A stretch of DNA of 64,000 nucleotides from Actinomycetota bacterium (lineage in GTDB: Bacteria > Actinomycetota > Thermoleophilia > BMS3ABIN01), in contig JAMDDD010000009.1 in NCBI GenBank assembly GCA_023489275.1, positions 436 to 64,435 on the forward strand, written 5' to 3'. How positions within the stretch are numbered: the first letter of the stretch is position 1; each line of letters starts with the position of its first letter. A program made the position numbers and the translations under genes. Shown one piece after another: positions 60,381-64,000 of this stretch. The notes beneath the pieces were generated by a model. It had not been told where the DNA came from. It did not search any database and worked only from the letters and a program-made list of their open reading frames with translations.

Positions 60381-62012
60381 ATGAGAGTTGAGGAAGAAAG
60401 TTACAAGGGCGTAGAGGAAGGGATGGAAATCCCGCTTCAGGAACTGGGATTACCCGCTCCCGACAAGGGGCTGCTGATCGTTTTCTGGAAGGGGCAGTGA
60501 CAGGGCTGCCGGCGGGAGGCTCCCGCTGTAAAGCGCCTGTATGAGCGCTTCTCTTCCAAAGGATTCTCCGCCATTTACATTGGTCCTTATGAAACAGGGG
60601 AAGCCTGCCAGCAATGGAAGGAAGAATACCAGCTGCCATTTGAAGTAGTGCCTGACAAGGAAGGCTCGATTTTCAAGCAGCTTAGCAACGGCTGGGTTCC
60701 CTATTCGATTTTGGTGGGGCCGGACGGCAAGGTAATTTTGTGGGAAAGCGAGTTTCAGGAGTCGGGCTTCTCTGCCGCGGTGGAAAAAATCTACGAAGAA
60801 CCGGCCCAAACAGAGGCGCCGGAACCGGTGCTCCAGGCGGCGCCGCGGCGAGGGCCGGCATATGGCGCCAATATCCTTATCCTCGGCGGCGGCGCCGGCG
60901 GACTGGTGGCCGCGTATCAACTGCGGAAGCGGCTTTCCGGCAGGGACCGAATCGTCGTGGTCGACCGCGAGCCCAACCACCTGTTCCAGTCTTCGCTGCT
61001 CTGGCGGGCGGTGGGGATGCGCCAGACGGAGCAGATTCAGCGGCCGCTGTCCGATCTGACCGGCACGGGAGTCGAGTTTGTCAACGAGCCCGTGGTGCAG
61101 ATAGATCCGCAGCGCAAGCAGGTGCGAACCTCGGCGCGGGAGCTCGATTATGATTTCCTCATCGTCGCCCTCGGCGCCGAGCTGGCGCCGCAAGAAGTGC
61201 TTGGGTTCGAGGAGATGGCCTTCAATCTCTACGATCTGGACGGCACGGCCAAGATCAACGCCGCCCTAAATGAATTTTCCGGCGGCGAAGTGGCGGTGCT
61301 TGTCACCGACATGCCCTTCAAATGCCCGGCGGCGCCGTATGAAGCGGCGTTGCTGGTCGATTCATTTCTGCGCAAAAAGGGCCTGCGCGACAGATCGGAG
61401 GTTCACCTCTTTACGCCGGAGCACCAGCCGATGCCAATCGCCGGTCCGAAGCTGGGCGAAGCGATAACGAACGTGCTTGGCAAGCGCGGCATCCAGTATC
61501 ATCCCCTGTTTACTTTCGAATGGATCAGCCCCGGTGACCAAACCATCATTCCCTCCACCGGCGACCCGCACAAGGTCGATCTGCTTCTTGCCATACCGCC
61601 CCACCGGGCTCCGGAAGTCATCCAGTACTCCGGCCTCATCGGTTCTTCCGGATGGATGCATGTCGATTCGCATACATTGAAAACCGAGTACGATGGCGTG
61701 TATGCGATAGGCGACGTCAATAATATCCGGCTCGCCAACGGCAAGAATCTGCCGATGGCCGGAGTTTTTGCCCATTACGAGGCCAAGGTCGCCGCTGAGC
61801 AGATCGTCGCGGAAATAAACGGGGAGCCGTCAAATGCTTCATTCGACGGTAAGGGTTTTTGCTGGCTGGAGCTGGGCGGCGGCAAAGCCGGATTCGCCGC
61901 CGGCAACTTTTACGCCGAGCCTGAGCCCGCCGTTCGCCTTTACCCGCCCATGCGCTCCTGGCACTGGGGCAAGGTCGCCTTTGAGAAGTGGTGGCTGCGT
62001 CACTGGTTCTAA
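60381..62012 (+). CDS. candidate selenoprotein: TlpA-like redoxin (UxxC, Sec at in-frame TGA 60498-60500) fused to sulfide:quinone-oxidoreductase-like FAD flavoprotein
   Basis: Thioredoxin-fold motif LLIVFWKGQ-TGA-QGCRREAPAVKRLY aligns with FWASWCGPCRAEMP; same frame continues into the FAD GG-fold (ILILGGGAGGLVAAY), the SQR-type CPAAPYE motif and GKGFCWLE Cys. Confidence 0.55.
60510..60528 (+). other. candidate bacterial SECIS hairpin 10 nt downstream of the in-frame UGA
   Basis: CGGCGGG-AGGCU-CCCGCUG: 7-bp stem (one G-U) with 5-nt GG-containing apical loop. Confidence 0.4.
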
Positions 62013-62087
62013 TTGATGCTCCGGCCTGCTCTTGCTAGGATTTTATGCAGGCTTTTTGAAAGCTCACGGCGGGGACGGGCCGCATGC

Positions 62088-62116
62088 TTGACTATATCCG
62101 TTAATCCGGATATGTT
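62088..62116 (+). promoter_or_regulatory. candidate sigma70-like promoter with embedded inverted repeat operator upstream of fdx-hgcAB
   Basis: TTGACT (62088-62093) - 17 nt - TATGTT (62111-62116); spacer contains ATATCCG-N6-CGGATAT. Confidence 0.4.
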
Positions 62117-62230
62117 ATTTGATATCTGTGGGAGGTGTTAGCGGTCCCCGGTTTTTTCCGGCCATGAATCCCGCCCGCGCCGGCATGTCAGGGGACGCTG
62201 CCTCAGGTCAAATAATTTAAGGAGGAGACA

Positions 62231-62629
62231 ATGGAGCCGTTCCGTTATCACGTTTACGTCTGTGTCCAGGAAAAGCCGGACCCCGCCGCGCCCAGCTGCT
62301 CCAATAACGGCGGTAAAGAAGTGCTCGATGCCCTGCGGGAAGAACTGGGAAAGGCAGGCCTGGGCGACGAGGTCCAGGTGACTACCGCCGGCTCGCTGGG
62401 GCTCTGCACCCGCGGCCCGAACATGGTTGTGTATCCTGAAGGCACGTGGTATTCGGGGGTGCAGGTGTCGGATGTTCCAGAAATCGTCAGCGAGCATTTT
62501 GTCAAGGGGAGGCCGCTGACAAGGCTTGCCAATCAGGACGCCGCCGCCTTAAAAGCGGAGATCCTGGAAAACAAGCGAAAAATACTCGCGGCGATGAAGG
62601 CGGCCCGGGAAGCGCAGTCGCAAAAGTAA
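62231..62629 (+). CDS. thioredoxin-like [2Fe-2S] ferredoxin
   Basis: Cys pattern VYVCVQ...C-x4-C...LGLCTRGPNMVVYPEGTWY; GGAGG RBS. Confidence 0.7.
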   Translation: MEPFRYHVYVCVQEKPDPAAPSCSNNGGKEVLDALREELGKAGLGDEVQVTTAGSLGLCTRGPNMVVYPEGTWYSGVQVSDVPEIVSEHFVKGRPLTRLANQDAAALKAEILENKRKILAAMKAAREAQSQK

Positions 62630-62661
62630 ATAGCGCCCCCCGCATACATCCATTTTGTACC

Positions 62662-63762
62662 ATGATTCAGGATAGTAATCAAATTTGCTGCGATGTTGAC
62701 GGCGCCCTTCCCCTGACCGAAACCAGCCCGGGCCGTGAGCCGCCGCAGATAGCGGGGCAGGTTGGCTTTGAAATCAGCCGCCGGGAGCGATGGGAGCATT
62801 TCCGGTGCCGCCTCGGCAGCTTCCGGGACAGGTATTCGGTAGCGCCCGGCCTGTATGCATTTGGCAACCCCGGTCCCCAGGGGGACGTTCTTGTGAGCGC
62901 CAGCTACAAGCTCAGCTTCGATACACTCAGAAAGGAACTGGAAGGGCTGGACTGCTGGATCCTCGTCCTGGACACCAGGGGCATCAACGTCTGGTGCGCC
63001 GCCGGTAAGGGCACTTTTGGCACCGCCGAGCTGGTCCGGCGGATCGGTGCCACGCGCCTGGGAGAAGTTGTTTTTCACCGCCGCCTGCTGCTGCCGCAGC
63101 TGGCCGCACCCGGGGTAAATGCCGCTGAAGTTCGCCGGCAAACAGAATTTAAGATCTCGTTCGGACCAGTGCGGGCGGCGGACATCCCGGCGTACATGAA
63201 GGCTGGTTACCGAAAAACGCCGGCGATGAGCACTGTCTCCTTCGGCCTCAGGGACCGCCTGGTATTGACGCCGATGGAGCTAAACCCCGCCTTAAAAAAG
63301 TTTCCCTGGTTCGCAGCCATGGCTATACTCCTCTTTGGCCTCCAGCGGCGGGGCATCATGTTTACTGATATATGGAACGGCGGTGGCATGGCGTTCCTGA
63401 TCCTGGGCCTGACCGCGGTGGCCTCCGGGGCTTTCCTGACGCCGGTTCTGCTTCCGTTCCTCCCCTGCCGCTCCTTTGCCGTGAAGGGATGGATCGCCGG
63501 GCTGGCGGTGGTATTTTTGACATCGCTGATTCCAATCGTATCCGCGGCAATGAACAGCCGGCTGCTGCTGTTTGCGGCATACCTTCTTTTTCCGGTAATC
63601 AGCTCCTACCTGGCGCTTCAGTTTACCGGGTCGACGACCTTCACGGGCATGTCCGGCGTCCGAAAAGAACTGAAGATCACCTTGCCGGTATACGCGGCTG
63701 CCGCGGCTGTTTCATTGTTCCTGCTAATTATGTTCAAGTTGACCGAATGGGGGAAGGGATGA
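62662..63762 (+). CDS. hgcA: mercury methylation corrinoid protein HgcA
   Basis: Diagnostic cap-helix motif GINVWCAAGKGTFGT, corrinoid-binding domain followed by 5 TM helices; ATG 62662 (track ORF has a spurious upstream extension). Confidence 0.85.
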   Translation: MIQDSNQICCDVDGALPLTETSPGREPPQIAGQVGFEISRRERWEHFRCRLGSFRDRYSVAPGLYAFGNPGPQGDVLVSASYKLSFDTLRKELEGLDCWILVLDTRGINVWCAAGKGTFGTAELVRRIGATRLGEVVFHRRLLLPQLAAPGVNAAEVRRQTEFKISFGPVRAADIPAYMKAGYRKTPAMSTVSFGLRDRLVLTPMELNPALKKFPWFAAMAILLFGLQRRGIMFTDIWNGGGMAFLILGLTAVASGAFLTPVLLPFLPCRSFAVKGWIAGLAVVFLTSLIPIVSAAMNSRLLLFAAYLLFPVISSYLALQFTGSTTFTGMSGVRKELKITLPVYAAAAAVSLFLLIMFKLTEWGKG

Positions 63763-64000
63763 AATACCTGGCCGACATTGTCACGCTGGAATACAATGCC
63801 GAACTCTGTACCGGCTGCCGCCGCTGCGTTGAGGTCTGTCCGCATCAGGTATTTGTTATAGAGAACAAACGCGCCGCGATCACGGACCGCGACCGCTGCA
63901 TGGAATGCGGCGCCTGCGCCCTCAATTGCGAGGCCGGCGCCATCATGGTTGACGCCGGAGTCGGCTGCGCCACCGCCATCATCAACAGCATCATCGGTGG
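63759..64000 (+). CDS. hgcB: mercury methylation ferredoxin HgcB (partial, runs off window)
   Basis: Two CxxCxxCxxxCP [4Fe-4S] motifs (CTGCRRCVEVCP, CMECGACALNC); ATGA overlap with hgcA stop. Confidence 0.8.
   Translation, partial: MKYLADIVTLEYNAELCTGCRRCVEVCPHQVFVIENKRAAITDRDRCMECGACALNCEAGAIMVDAGVGCATAIINSIIG

Noticed and set aside
62446-62661. 216-nt upstream extension of the hgcA ORF
   Set aside because: The HgcA N-terminus aligns from ATG 62662, and the extension overlaps the ferredoxin gene's 3' end in another frame.

Overview
This is a high-GC (~60%) bacterial chromosomal segment with three parts. I read motifs by eye only; no database searches or computations were run.

Part 1 is a conserved housekeeping backbone (1-29936). 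It carries phosphohexomutase, PGI/PMI, ahcY, mtnA, a sugar-1-P nucleotidyltransferase, comF, hpf, secA, prfB with its programmed +1 frameshift, hisG, split transketolase, ftsEX, cspA, a YeeE/TusA/DsrE thiosulfate-sulfur relay cluster, ctpA, rnr, a MacB-type ABC pair, smpB and tmRNA.

Part 2 is a ~13 kb low-GC accessory region inserted immediately 3' of the tmRNA gene (29937 to about 42700). It looks like two tandem, related integrative modules, each built as ~70-bp direct repeat, then a toxin-antitoxin pair, then a small basic ORF, then an mrr restriction gene. Module 1 carries Phd/ParE and module 2 carries MNT/HEPN. The region also holds gene decay: a frameshifted mrr, a Cas1 C-terminal fragment with a possible 2-repeat CRISPR relic, IS3 orfB fragments and a frameshifted hicA-hicB pair. 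Other cargo includes an unusual ABC ATPase fused to a transmembrane helix and an extracytoplasmic domain, an LPXTG sortase substrate, a TauE/SafE exporter and a His-rich SAM methyltransferase.

Part 3 is a second backbone/accessory stretch (42705-64000). It carries an orphan HisKA_3 kinase with an extra C-terminal membrane domain, a cobalamin riboswitch driving cbiMNQO, a BNR-repeat lipoprotein, a GH5-like hydrolase and an HD-GYP protein. It also carries an inositol-lipid cluster on the minus strand: a CDP-alcohol phosphatidyltransferase, myo-inositol-3-phosphate synthase, a small membrane protein and a GT4 glycosyltransferase fused to a PHP phosphoesterase. Further on are MarR and ArsR regulators, a DsrE-like protein, and a TlpA-like redoxin fused to an SQR-like flavoprotein whose CxxC motif is replaced by an in-frame TGA (UxxC) with a hairpin 10 nt downstream, a candidate selenoprotein. 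The window ends with a [2Fe-2S] ferredoxin and the mercury-methylation pair hgcA-hgcB (hgcB runs off the window).

The most novel candidates are the GT4-PHP fusion beside the PIP-synthase/MIPS genes, which could be the missing PIP phosphatase, the putative selenocysteine redoxin-SQR fusion directly upstream of hgcAB, and the modular tmRNA-adjacent tandem islands.
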